Assembly: GCA_937880175.1 (NCBI GenBank)
Contig: CALFLO010000176.1
Coordinates: forward strand, 4,177 to 68,176
Length of the DNA stretch: 64,000 nucleotides
Direction: 5' to 3'
DNA from: an uncultured Gluconobacter sp.
GTDB lineage: Bacteria; Pseudomonadota; Alphaproteobacteria; Acetobacterales; Acetobacteraceae
The notes beneath the pieces are model-generated. The model had not been told where the DNA came from, did no database searches, and was given only the letters and a program-made list of their open reading frames with translations. Made by a program: the position numbers and the translations under genes. Shown here piece after piece: positions 9,533-17,856 of this stretch. Within the stretch, counting starts at the first letter, position 1. Each line of letters begins with the position of its first letter.

Positions 9533-10053
9533 AGATTTCTGACGTCAATGCGCTGTCGGATGAGGCGTTCGTTGCCCGGTTCGGCGGGCTTTACGAACAT
9601 TCGCCCTGGGTCGCGGAAGGGGCGCTGAAGGCGCGGCCTTTCGCGGATGTGGATGCGATGCTGTCTGCGTTTGCGCAGACTGTGCGCTCTGCGGGAGCAG
9701 AAGCGCAGCTTGCGCTGGTGCGGGCGCATCCGGAGCTTGGGCATCGGGCCGGGATTGATCCTGATCTGACGGACCATTCCGCATCAGAACAGGCTTCGGC
9801 CGGGCTGGACCGTCTGACACCTGCCGAATATGAGCGGTTCCGTGGGTTGAACGGCGCGTATCGCGCGCGGTTTTCCATGCCGTTCGTGATCTGCGTGCGC
9901 AAAGTGGCCGCCCCAGGAAAAGCTGCGAAAACCGTCATCATGGATGAAATGGAGCGCCGTCTGGCCGGTACTCCCGAAAAGGAACTGACCGAGGCGCTGA
10001 CGCAGATTGATGCGATTGCAGCACTTCGTCTGAAGGATCTGGTTACGTCATGA
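9529..10053 (+). CDS. uraD: OHCU (2-oxo-4-hydroxy-4-carboxy-5-ureidoimidazoline) decarboxylase
   Basis: FVARFGGLYEHSPWVAE ... LVRAHPELG motifs. It is translationally coupled to the genes on both sides. Confidence 0.85.
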   Translation: MKISDVNALSDEAFVARFGGLYEHSPWVAEGALKARPFADVDAMLSAFAQTVRSAGAEAQLALVRAHPELGHRAGIDPDLTDHSASEQASAGLDRLTPAEYERFRGLNGAYRARFSMPFVICVRKVAAPGKAAKTVIMDEMERRLAGTPEKELTEALTQIDAIAALRLKDLVTS

Positions 10054-10382
10054 GTTCTCTGTCCACGCATGTTCTCGATACGGTTTCCGGCAAGCCGGCC
10101 GCGGGTGTGAGCCTGCGCCTTCTGCAAGGGGAGCAGGTTCTGTTCGAAGGCCAGACGAATGCGGACGGGCGTTGCCCGGAACTGCGGGATGTTGCAGTTT
10201 CGAAAGGGACGTATTGTCTGGAGTTCCGGATTGGCGATTACTTCCGAAAAGGCGGGCAGGTTCTGTCCGATCCGCCGTTTCTGGATGTGGTGCCGATCGT
10301 GTTCGGACTGGCGGCGGAAGCCCATGCGCATGTGCCGCTGCTGGCGGCGCCGTTCGGATATTCCACCTATCGCGGAAGCTGA
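10050..10382 (+). CDS. uraH: 5-hydroxyisourate hydrolase (transthyretin-like)
   Basis: 110 aa. It opens with LSTHVLDTVSGKPAAGV and ends with the family signature YSTYRGS. Confidence 0.9.
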   Translation: MSSLSTHVLDTVSGKPAAGVSLRLLQGEQVLFEGQTNADGRCPELRDVAVSKGTYCLEFRIGDYFRKGGQVLSDPPFLDVVPIVFGLAAEAHAHVPLLAAPFGYSTYRGS

Positions 10383-10391
10383 GGGCTTTTC

Positions 10392-11795
10392 ATGACTGCC
10401 GAGAACGCCGCGACGACCGGTCTGCATCCCGTTGACGAGAAACTGCCGGTCTGGCGGCTTGGGGCCTACGGGTTGCAGCATGTGCTGGCGTTCTATTCGG
10501 CGGCGGTCATTGTCCCGATCCTCGTGGCCGGTGCGCTCCATCTGCCGCGTGAGACACTGATCCATCTGATCGATGCGGATCTGTTCACCTGTGGGATCGC
10601 CTCGCTGCTTCAGGCGGTGGGGTTTGGCCCGATCGGGGTTCGGTTGCCGCTGTTGCAGGGCGTGACGTTCACGGCTGTGGGGCCGATGATCGCCATCGGG
10701 TCTGCCGTAGGCGGTGGGACGCCGGGGCTTCTGTCCATTTATGGGTCCGTCATCGTGGCGGGGTTCGTGACGTTCCTGATGGCGCGGCATTTTGCCGGGC
10801 TAGTGCGGTTTTTTCCGCCGGTTGTGACGGGCTCCATCATTCTTATCATCGGTCTGGCGCTGTTGCCGGTGGCGGCGAATGACATTGTCTCGGGTGCCAG
10901 TCCGTCTGTGATGCAGGATCATGTTCCGCTGCGGAGCATCTGGTACGGGCTTGGGACACTGGCCTCCATTCTGGTGATTCAGCGGTTGTTTCGCGGGTTT
11001 ATTGCCACGATTGCCGTGTTGATCGGGCTGGTTCTGGGGACGCTGGTGGCCTGGGTGCTCGGGGATGCGAATTTCGGGGATGTGGCGTCCGCGCCGCTTT
11101 TGTCCATCACGCATCCGTTTTATTTCGGGACGCCGACATTCCATCCGGTTTCGATCCTGTCGATGGTGATCGTCATGACGATTTCCATGATCGAGACGAT
11201 CGGGAACGTCTATGCGACGGGTGAAATCGTCGACAAGCCGATCACCTCCGAAGACATTGCCCGCACGCTGCGTGCCGATGGGATCGCGACCATGCTCGGC
11301 GGTGTGCTCAACTCATTTCCCTATACGTGTTTTGCCGAAAATGTTGGTCTGGTGCGGATGACGGGGGTGAAGAGCCGCTGGGTTGTTGCGGCGGCGGCGG
11401 TCATCATGATGATGCTCGGCTGTCTGCCGCGTCTGGGTGCGCTGGTGGCTGCGGTGCCGCTGCCGGTTCTGGGGGGGGCAGCGCTGGCGATGTTCGCGAC
11501 TGTGGCGGTCGTGGGTGTGCAGACGCTGTCACGGGTGGATTTCAACCGGCAGAGCAATGTGATTATTGTGGGGACCAGCATCGGGCTGAGCATGCTGGCG
11601 ACGGCCCAGCCGCATATCTCCGACACGTTTCCGATGTGGGCGAAGATCGTGTTTGGCAGCGGAATTACGCTCGGATCGCTGTCAGCGATTTTGCTGCATC
11701 TGATCTTCAACGTGAAGCGGACGATCCACGAGGCGGCTCATGCGACGGATGTGCCGCGTGAGGCGCTGATTGACGAGCGGATCCGGGAAGGGTGA
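10392..11795 (+). CDS. nucleobase:cation symporter-2 (xanthine/uric acid permease family)
   Basis: 467 aa with about 12-14 TM segments and NCS2-like motifs (LQGVTFTAVGPMI, FAENVGLVRMTGV). It is the last gene of the urate operon. Confidence 0.9.
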   Translation: MTAENAATTGLHPVDEKLPVWRLGAYGLQHVLAFYSAAVIVPILVAGALHLPRETLIHLIDADLFTCGIASLLQAVGFGPIGVRLPLLQGVTFTAVGPMIAIGSAVGGGTPGLLSIYGSVIVAGFVTFLMARHFAGLVRFFPPVVTGSIILIIGLALLPVAANDIVSGASPSVMQDHVPLRSIWYGLGTLASILVIQRLFRGFIATIAVLIGLVLGTLVAWVLGDANFGDVASAPLLSITHPFYFGTPTFHPVSILSMVIVMTISMIETIGNVYATGEIVDKPITSEDIARTLRADGIATMLGGVLNSFPYTCFAENVGLVRMTGVKSRWVVAAAAVIMMMLGCLPRLGALVAAVPLPVLGGAALAMFATVAVVGVQTLSRVDFNRQSNVIIVGTSIGLSMLATAQPHISDTFPMWAKIVFGSGITLGSLSAILLHLIFNVKRTIHEAAHATDVPREALIDERIREG

Positions 11796-11859
11796 GGCTC
11801 AGGGCCCTGCCCTGAAACCCACCAAAGGTCGGTGGCCTGTGGAAACCAATTCATAAAAT

Positions 11860-11906
11860 CAGGGTGCAGGGATCAAGATCCCTGCCGGGCCCGGGCAGAG
11901 CCCGGA
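11860..11906 (+). repeat. 47-nt REP-like palindromic intergenic element, copy 1
   Basis: CAGGGTGCAGGGATCAAGATCCCTGCCGGGCCCGGGCAGAGCCCGGA. Its reverse complement recurs at 53326-53372 with a single mismatch. It contains two hairpins and sits between convergent genes. Confidence 0.8.
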
Positions 11907-11914
11907 ACGTCACG

Positions 11915-12901
11915 TCAGAACCCAGTCTGTCCGGAAAAATAGAAGCCGGTCTGGTTCTTGTACGTCGCAATCGTACCCAGTGACACATAAGCCAGCGTCA
12001 CGTTCAGGTGCTTGTTCACGAAATAGCTGGTGTAGACGTCGAACCAGTTGCTTTCGTCCGTGAAGCGCTGGTTGCGTGGCTTGGTGCGGTATTCGACACC
12101 GACGACCAGTCCGGGGATGAAGGACGGTAGATAGCCGAGCGAGCCTTCGAACTGGGCGTGATAGTTGTTGTCCTGATCCCCGCCAAAGCCGAGGATGCCC
12201 CACTGGTTGCCCTTGGTAAAGCGGACAGTGGTGTCGATCAGGATACCGATCTTCGGGAACAGCTTGGTCACGGCGAGATAGGCGTCTCCGCCATCGGTAT
12301 GTTTTGAGCCAACCATGTGGATGACGCGGCCGTCACTGTCATGCTTGTACATGCCGCCGATGGCGACCTGCGGGATCAGGGTATTGTCGGCGATGTGGCC
12401 AAAGAGGCGGACCTTCGCACCTGCCACGTCCAGATCGAACTGGTAACCATTGCCGATGCCGAGTTTTGCGCCGGTGCCGCGGGTCTGGAAGAAGTTGTGA
12501 GTGTAGGAAATCTCGACGCGGTCAAAGAAGCCCATCGAGGCGCCGACATTCTGGTCCCAGTAACTGGTGAGGTTCACATAGCTGTAGTGCAGGGCCATGC
12601 CGGCGCTTTTATTGGAGCCATAACCGCCAATGGTCGCCCAGCTTGCGATGCCCCCGCCGCTTGCCCCTTCGAGTGAGGACAGGCCGCTGGTACCCAGAGC
12701 GCGCTGCCCGTCAAAGAGGGTACGGAACATCGACTGCCCGTTATTGTTTCCATCATTGCCCAGTGTGACCTGAGGTCCGCTGGCCGTACTGCTGTCGGCT
12801 GCGTGTGCGGTCTGTCCTGCGGCGAGGGTGCCGAAGGACAGGAGTGCCGTCAGGGACATCAGGGAACGGAGGGACTGCGCGGGATATGGAAAACGGTGCA
12901 T
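11915..12901 (-). CDS. outer-membrane beta-barrel protein, DUF3034-like
   Basis: It has a signal peptide ending AHA. The GGGIASWATIGGYG and FDRVEISYTH motifs match what I recall for DUF3034. Alternating beta-strand pattern, terminal F. Confidence 0.7.
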   Translation of the reverse strand: MHRFPYPAQSLRSLMSLTALLSFGTLAAGQTAHAADSSTASGPQVTLGNDGNNNGQSMFRTLFDGQRALGTSGLSSLEGASGGGIASWATIGGYGSNKSAGMALHYSYVNLTSYWDQNVGASMGFFDRVEISYTHNFFQTRGTGAKLGIGNGYQFDLDVAGAKVRLFGHIADNTLIPQVAIGGMYKHDSDGRVIHMVGSKHTDGGDAYLAVTKLFPKIGILIDTTVRFTKGNQWGILGFGGDQDNNYHAQFEGSLGYLPSFIPGLVVGVEYRTKPRNQRFTDESNWFDVYTSYFVNKHLNVTLAYVSLGTIATYKNQTGFYFSGQTGF

Positions 12902-13089
12902 GATGCCTGCTTCTAAGTCGCGAGCCCGAGGGTGAGCCGGAGCATTCTCGCAGATTAAATACCGTGTTCAGTATTAGCGCTGCGATTCTGAAAAATAATT
13001 AAGATAACCCTAGAGTTCAAAAATTTTTCCGTGTCAAAACAAAAATGGCACTTAGTGTCTATTTTTGAAGTGGGTGTGTTCCTTTGGCT

Positions 13090-14406
13090 TCAGGCAACGC
13101 TTCGGGTGTGCAGGCGCTGTCCGGCGACATAGGTGGCGACGATGCTGCGATCGTCACCGAGCATGGTGAGGGCGAAGAGGCGGTCGGCGAGTGTTTCGGC
13201 AGTCCGGGCACGAATTTTGCCAAGAGGCGTGGCGGCGGGATCAAAGACGCAGAGATCGGCGTAGAGACCGGGTCTGATGCTGCCGATTCGGTCTTTGAGT
13301 CCGAGGGATTGTGCGCCCCCGGCCGTGGCGAGCCAGAGCCCCTGCGCGGGATGGAGTTTCGTCTGAAGGCCCTGCGCGACCTTGTAGGCATCGGACAGGA
13401 CCTGGAGCAGGGACAGGGATGGCCCGGCGCCGATGTCGCTGCCAATGCCCACATGGACGCGGCGTGCGGGATCGAGGGCCTTGAAAAGCGGGAAGGATCC
13501 GCTGCCCAGAAACTGGTTCGAGCCGGGGCAGTGCGCGATGGAGCAGCCCGTGTCGTGGCAGCGCTGGAAATCGGCTTCTTCGGCATGGACGGCATGAGCG
13601 AGAATGGCGCGCGGACGTATCAGACCGGCCTTGTCATACACGTCCAGATAGGAGCTGCGGTCGGGGAAGAGCTCGCGGACCCAGGCGATTTCGGACCGGT
13701 TTTCGAGCAGATGGGTCTGCATGAACAGGTCAGGCTTCGTGGCCAGAAGTGCGCCGGCGAGATCGAGCTGTTCGGGCGTGCTGGTAGGGGCGAAGCGTGG
13801 GGTCACGGCATAAAGCTGCCGTCCACGGTTGTGCCAGCGGGCGATGAGTTCGGCGGACTGGTCGTAGCCACTCTGGGCGGTGTCGCGCAGGTTATCGGGG
13901 GCATTGCGGTCCATCAGGACCTTGCCCGCAATCATGCAGGTATTGAGGCGCTCGGATTCCTCGAAGAAGGCATCCACGGACTGGGGGTGAACGGTGCAGT
14001 ACACGGCGGCCGTGGTGGTGCCGACGCGCAGGAGTTCACCCAGGAACTGGCGGGCGACGGCCCGGGCATAGGGGATGTCGGCGTAGCGGGCTTCGGCGGG
14101 AAAGACGTAGTTTTCCAGCCATTGCAGAAGCTGCTCGCCGTAAGACGCAATGACCGGAAGCTGCGGATAATGGATATGCGTGTCGATCATGCCGGCGGAA
14201 ATCAGCATGTCGGGGTAGTGGTCGATCGGTGTTCCGGCAGGGATGGTCTCACGGAGACTGTCCCACGAGCCCGCGGCGGTAATGCGGCCGTTTGCGGTCA
14301 GGATCAGGCCATCGGGCTCGTGATGCAGGGCGTCCATGGGATCGGTGGTGAACGGATCGGCATGGAAGGTCAGGTAGGGGCCGCGGATGGCTCGGATCTG
14401 GGTCAT
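13090..14406 (-). CDS. guaD: guanine deaminase
   Basis: 438 aa amidohydrolase. Motifs IRGPYLTFHADPF, AGMIDTHIHYPQ and HCPGSN match the guanine deaminase pattern. Confidence 0.9.
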   Translation of the reverse strand: MTQIRAIRGPYLTFHADPFTTDPMDALHHEPDGLILTANGRITAAGSWDSLRETIPAGTPIDHYPDMLISAGMIDTHIHYPQLPVIASYGEQLLQWLENYVFPAEARYADIPYARAVARQFLGELLRVGTTTAAVYCTVHPQSVDAFFEESERLNTCMIAGKVLMDRNAPDNLRDTAQSGYDQSAELIARWHNRGRQLYAVTPRFAPTSTPEQLDLAGALLATKPDLFMQTHLLENRSEIAWVRELFPDRSSYLDVYDKAGLIRPRAILAHAVHAEEADFQRCHDTGCSIAHCPGSNQFLGSGSFPLFKALDPARRVHVGIGSDIGAGPSLSLLQVLSDAYKVAQGLQTKLHPAQGLWLATAGGAQSLGLKDRIGSIRPGLYADLCVFDPAATPLGKIRARTAETLADRLFALTMLGDDRSIVATYVAGQRLHTRSVA

Positions 14407-14555
14407 GGGAGTACTTTACCGCAGGGTTTGTGGTGCGGGGAGCAGGTTTGTGAGGCTGGCGCTGATTGGCAGTCCGGGTCGGGCTGGCTTACAACATGGA
14501 AAGGAAGAACTGGCCGCGGGCGCGTTCTTCAGCTTGAACCCTGGAGTATCCGCTC

Positions 14556-15971
14556 ATGACGTCGAATGATCCTGTTGCGCTCGATGTGCCGGAAGGGCTT
14601 GCCGTTTCCGTGGAGGGCAGAATGAGCGGTACGGCTGCCGTGCCGGTTCCGGATCCAGCGGATGTGACGGGCTCTGGTACGGGCGGGAACGACGGCTCGG
14701 CGTCTGCTGCGTCTGTCGGGATTGAGGGGCCTTATCTTCCGCCACCGCGTGTGCTGGTTCTGGAAGGCGCGCGCGGCGTGCGGTTCGACTTCAATGACGG
14801 CGCGCGCGTCATGGTGCCGTCGCTGGAGCAGGAGGGCGCACAGTGGCATGTGCGGCTTTCGGATCATGTGACCGGGAATGTGCTGTTCGATGCGCGCCTG
14901 AAGGGCGGCACGGTGGCGTCCACCAAGAAGTTCTTTGTACCGTTCCGGGTGGATGTCTGGCTCGAACAGCCGGGGGAGACGCCGGAACATGTGCTCCATC
15001 ATGATCTGGCGCTGTCAGGGCGGCCGGTTCTGGTGCAGCTTCCGGTGGGGACGCTGGGCGATACGCTGGCCTGGCTGCCTGCTGTGCGGCGTCTGGCGCA
15101 GGAGAGCGGGGCACAGGTGACATGCTCGGTTTCCGAAGCGATCCTGCCGCTCGTATCAGGGGCCAACCCGGAACTGACGCTGGTGGGGCATGACCGCATG
15201 AAGGCGGATGCGGGTTTTACGGCCCGGTTCTATGCGAGCTACAATATCGGGCTGTTCTTTACGGATAAGGATCATACGCGCCAGCCAACGGATTTCCGGC
15301 ATGTCGGTCTGCACCGCACGGCGGCTTATATTCTGGGTGTGGATCCGTGGAACGATACGCCACCGGGTATTTCCATCCCCGATGGCGAAACGCCTCCTGT
15401 CGCGGAGCCCTATGTGGTCATCGCCACGCAGGCCAGCACGCAATGTAAGTACTGGAACAATCCGGGGGGCTGGCATGAAGTGATCGCGTTTCTGAAGACG
15501 GCGGGATATCGCGTCATCTGCATTGACCAGAAGCCGTTTCATGGCACCGGATATGTCTATAACCACATCCCCCACGGAGCCGAAGACCAGACCGGCAGCC
15601 GCCCGCTGGTGGAGCGTGCGCGGTGGCTGAAGCATGCGAGTTTCTTCATCGGTCTGTCGAGCGGTCTGGCCTGGCTGGCCCATGCGACCGGGACGCCGGT
15701 CGTGATGATTTCAGGGTTTACGCATCCGGATAACGAGTTCGCCACGCCCTACCGGGTCATCAACTGGCACACCTGCAATTCCTGCTGGAACGATCCGGCG
15801 TTCCAGTTCGATCACAAGGACTTCTTCTGGTGCCCGAGACACAAGGGCACGGACCGGCAGTTCGAGTGTTCGCGCCTGATTACCGGGACGCAGGTCATTC
15901 ACACCATCAGGCGGCTGATGACGGACCGCGGTCTTTCTGGTGCGGAGCATGGCGCGCCCGGAACTGTGTGA
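14556..15971 (+). CDS. TibC/Aah-family autotransporter strand-loop-strand O-heptosyltransferase (BAHT)
   Basis: It appears collinear with E. coli TibC/Aah as I recall them: FDFNDGARV, WHVRL, KKFFVPFRV, RPVLVQLPVGTLGDTLAW, FRHVGLHRTAAYILGVDP, EPYVVIATQAST..KYWNNPGGW, HASFFIGLSSGLAWLA. The C-terminal Fe-site cysteines are CNSC...WCPRHKGTDRQFEC. It carries an extra N-terminal Gly/Ser/Ala-rich segment of about 65 aa. Confidence 0.85.
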   Translation: MTSNDPVALDVPEGLAVSVEGRMSGTAAVPVPDPADVTGSGTGGNDGSASAASVGIEGPYLPPPRVLVLEGARGVRFDFNDGARVMVPSLEQEGAQWHVRLSDHVTGNVLFDARLKGGTVASTKKFFVPFRVDVWLEQPGETPEHVLHHDLALSGRPVLVQLPVGTLGDTLAWLPAVRRLAQESGAQVTCSVSEAILPLVSGANPELTLVGHDRMKADAGFTARFYASYNIGLFFTDKDHTRQPTDFRHVGLHRTAAYILGVDPWNDTPPGISIPDGETPPVAEPYVVIATQASTQCKYWNNPGGWHEVIAFLKTAGYRVICIDQKPFHGTGYVYNHIPHGAEDQTGSRPLVERARWLKHASFFIGLSSGLAWLAHATGTPVVMISGFTHPDNEFATPYRVINWHTCNSCWNDPAFQFDHKDFFWCPRHKGTDRQFECSRLITGTQVIHTIRRLMTDRGLSGAEHGAPGTV

Positions 15972-17184
15972 GCAGGGCTTCGACCAGGCTGCAGGCATAG
16001 ACCACCAGAGCCAGATCCATCACGAGCAGGATGCGTTTGCTGGAAACATAGATCGTCGGGGACAGGCCTGTCAGGAGCGTTACGCCGAACCCGCCTGCCA
16101 GAAAGGACAGGATGGTGGTGGCATTTTTGAGGGACAGGGCGCACCACAGGACGGAGACGATCATGCACAGCGTCAGGAAAAATGCGACATAGGTGTTCAG
16201 GTACACCCAGTTCAGATCATAGATGAACCGGTCGCAGCGCAGGGCTGTGAGCGTTTTCTGGATGCCCGGACTGACAGGCAGCATGAGCAGGATGCTCAGG
16301 AGCATCACGCCTGAGGCCGCCATGTCCTGAAAGCCCCGGTTGCGTTTGACGAAAGCGATAAAGCAGAGGGACAGGAGCAGGGTTGCAAGCAGGATGTCAT
16401 TGTCCGTGCTTATGCAGGCGCTATGGATGCGATCGATGGCCAGCGAGAATTTCTGCAGGGTGTCGAACTGGGGAAACTCAGGCAGCCAGTTGTTGATTTC
16501 CGCGATGTAACGGCGAGCATTGCCGGGGGCGGCCAGAACAATGGCGGACATGACAGTGGCAACCGTCAGATAAAGACCGCTGTAGAGAGAAATGGTCCGG
16601 CGTCGAACGGTGGCGACCGCCGTGCAGAAAAGAAGAAGCAGCGAGGACTGTTCGATCGAGCAGCCAACGGGAAGGGCCCCGAGAGAGAGGATGCGCAGGG
16701 TTTTGCCTGCGTCATTCTGCCGCAGAAAGACGCTGATGGAGAAGAAGGCAAAGGAAATCGGGAAGAGGTAATTGTAGAAGCCTGAGAGCCAGTACACCGA
16801 CTCTTTGGACACTTCATACGGCAGCAGCAGGAAAAGCCCCATGACCAGCGGGATACCGATGCCGGGCCTCAGAGCAGGGCGCAGGGTGCAGGACCAGATG
16901 GCATAGGCCAGAAGAACGGCACAGAACGGGATAAGAGTCCGCCAGAAGGCAGGATACTGGATGGTTTCAGCCAGTGCCCCTTCGATGACGATCCTGCCCG
17001 ACCAGGTCATGTAGCGGGTGTGGAGAAAGGACAGCAGGCCCGTATGATCGAGGGCATGGCGGAATATGTCGTTGTCGATGAAGATCGACGTGTTGATCCG
17101 GGTGTTCATCCAGACTGCCGCGATCAGGAGAAACGCGAGGAACGGACTGTTCCTGAGGATCATCGGCTTAAAAGCGGCAGGCAT
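15907..17184 (-). CDS. polytopic (about 12 TM) membrane protein, possible GT-C-type glycosyltransferase
   Basis: 425 aa and very hydrophobic. The motif near the N-terminus (HTRYMTWSGRIVIEG) resembles GT-C/DUF6056-like proteins. Its 3' end overlaps the convergent BAHT gene by 65 nt, and its start overlaps the upstream gene by 17 nt (alternative ATG at 17163). Confidence 0.7.
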   Translation of the reverse strand: MPAAFKPMILRNSPFLAFLLIAAVWMNTRINTSIFIDNDIFRHALDHTGLLSFLHTRYMTWSGRIVIEGALAETIQYPAFWRTLIPFCAVLLAYAIWSCTLRPALRPGIGIPLVMGLFLLLPYEVSKESVYWLSGFYNYLFPISFAFFSISVFLRQNDAGKTLRILSLGALPVGCSIEQSSLLLLFCTAVATVRRRTISLYSGLYLTVATVMSAIVLAAPGNARRYIAEINNWLPEFPQFDTLQKFSLAIDRIHSACISTDNDILLATLLLSLCFIAFVKRNRGFQDMAASGVMLLSILLMLPVSPGIQKTLTALRCDRFIYDLNWVYLNTYVAFFLTLCMIVSVLWCALSLKNATTILSFLAGGFGVTLLTGLSPTIYVSSKRILLVMDLALVVYACSLVEALLTQFRARHAPHQKDRGPSSAA

Positions 17185-17659
17185 GGGAGATCCTGTAGAG
17201 CCTGTGTCCTGAAATGATGTTCAGGTGAATGGTTTCTTCCGGAATCATGCCGGAGGGCTTTCTGGCGGTTCCAATAAAGCCGTATCGGTTATGGAACGGA
17301 TTTGCCTGCGTGTGGAAAATCCGTGCGATATCGGGCCTTTCCGTGAGCCTGTAGGGGATGGAGAATTCCTTCTCACCGTCTCCCATGGTGAGGATCAGCG
17401 GGGCTCCGTCGCCGGACCAGAGGTCTGAGTGGACCCAGCCGGAAACGGAAACCGTGTTCCCGGTGATGTGGCAGTTTTCCACAACGGCTTTCAGGGACGG
17501 GTCATCTGCGGGCGTGAAACCCTCCGGATGGAAGGGGCGGTGTGTCGTCCAAGCGTAACCGCAGGCCAGTGTCAGGAGAAGCGACAGTATTATTCCGGCA
17601 AGGAAGAAATATTTTCTCAGAAGCCGGAGCATCTGATCCATTGCGGGAGGCTGTTTCAT
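17168..17659 (-). CDS. bitopic membrane protein with a periplasmic beta-sandwich-like domain (unknown function)
   Basis: 163 aa with a single TM (YFFLAGIILSLLLTLACGYAW). The motif VSGWV...ERPDIARIF...GF is seen in accessory domains of glycosylation enzymes. It is translationally coupled to the downstream membrane protein gene. Confidence 0.6.
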   Translation of the reverse strand: MKQPPAMDQMLRLLRKYFFLAGIILSLLLTLACGYAWTTHRPFHPEGFTPADDPSLKAVVENCHITGNTVSVSGWVHSDLWSGDGAPLILTMGDGEKEFSIPYRLTERPDIARIFHTQANPFHNRYGFIGTARKPSGMIPEETIHLNIISGHRLYRISHACRF

Positions 17660-17856
17660 GGATTTGCTTCGTTATTCCGGAAGCGGGTGTTTCTGCCATC
17701 CGGGTGCCGCCCTGTCCATCATGCTCTGGGGCAGGGAGCAGAGGGTCGCTCCCGGGGTGGGGCTGGCATGACGGCTTTGGCCCTGATATCTGCGGGACTG
17801 TCTTTTTCATCCGATCGCGGCTGTGCCTGCGGTCCCAGTAGCCGGGTGGTCGTCCC

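Noticed and set aside
13084-14559. 491-aa plus-strand ORF antisense to guaD. Similar long antisense ORFs lie at 7056-8129 (-), 9591-10790 (-), 17719-18777 (-), 36084-36803 (+), 37861-38988 (+), 40037-40846 (-), 44452-45405 (-), 46836-47978 (+), 51116-52327 (+) and 52376-53437 (-).
   Set aside because: Each overlaps a gene with clear family motifs on the other strand, and each has a biased Arg/Gly/His/Asp composition. I treat them as non-coding.
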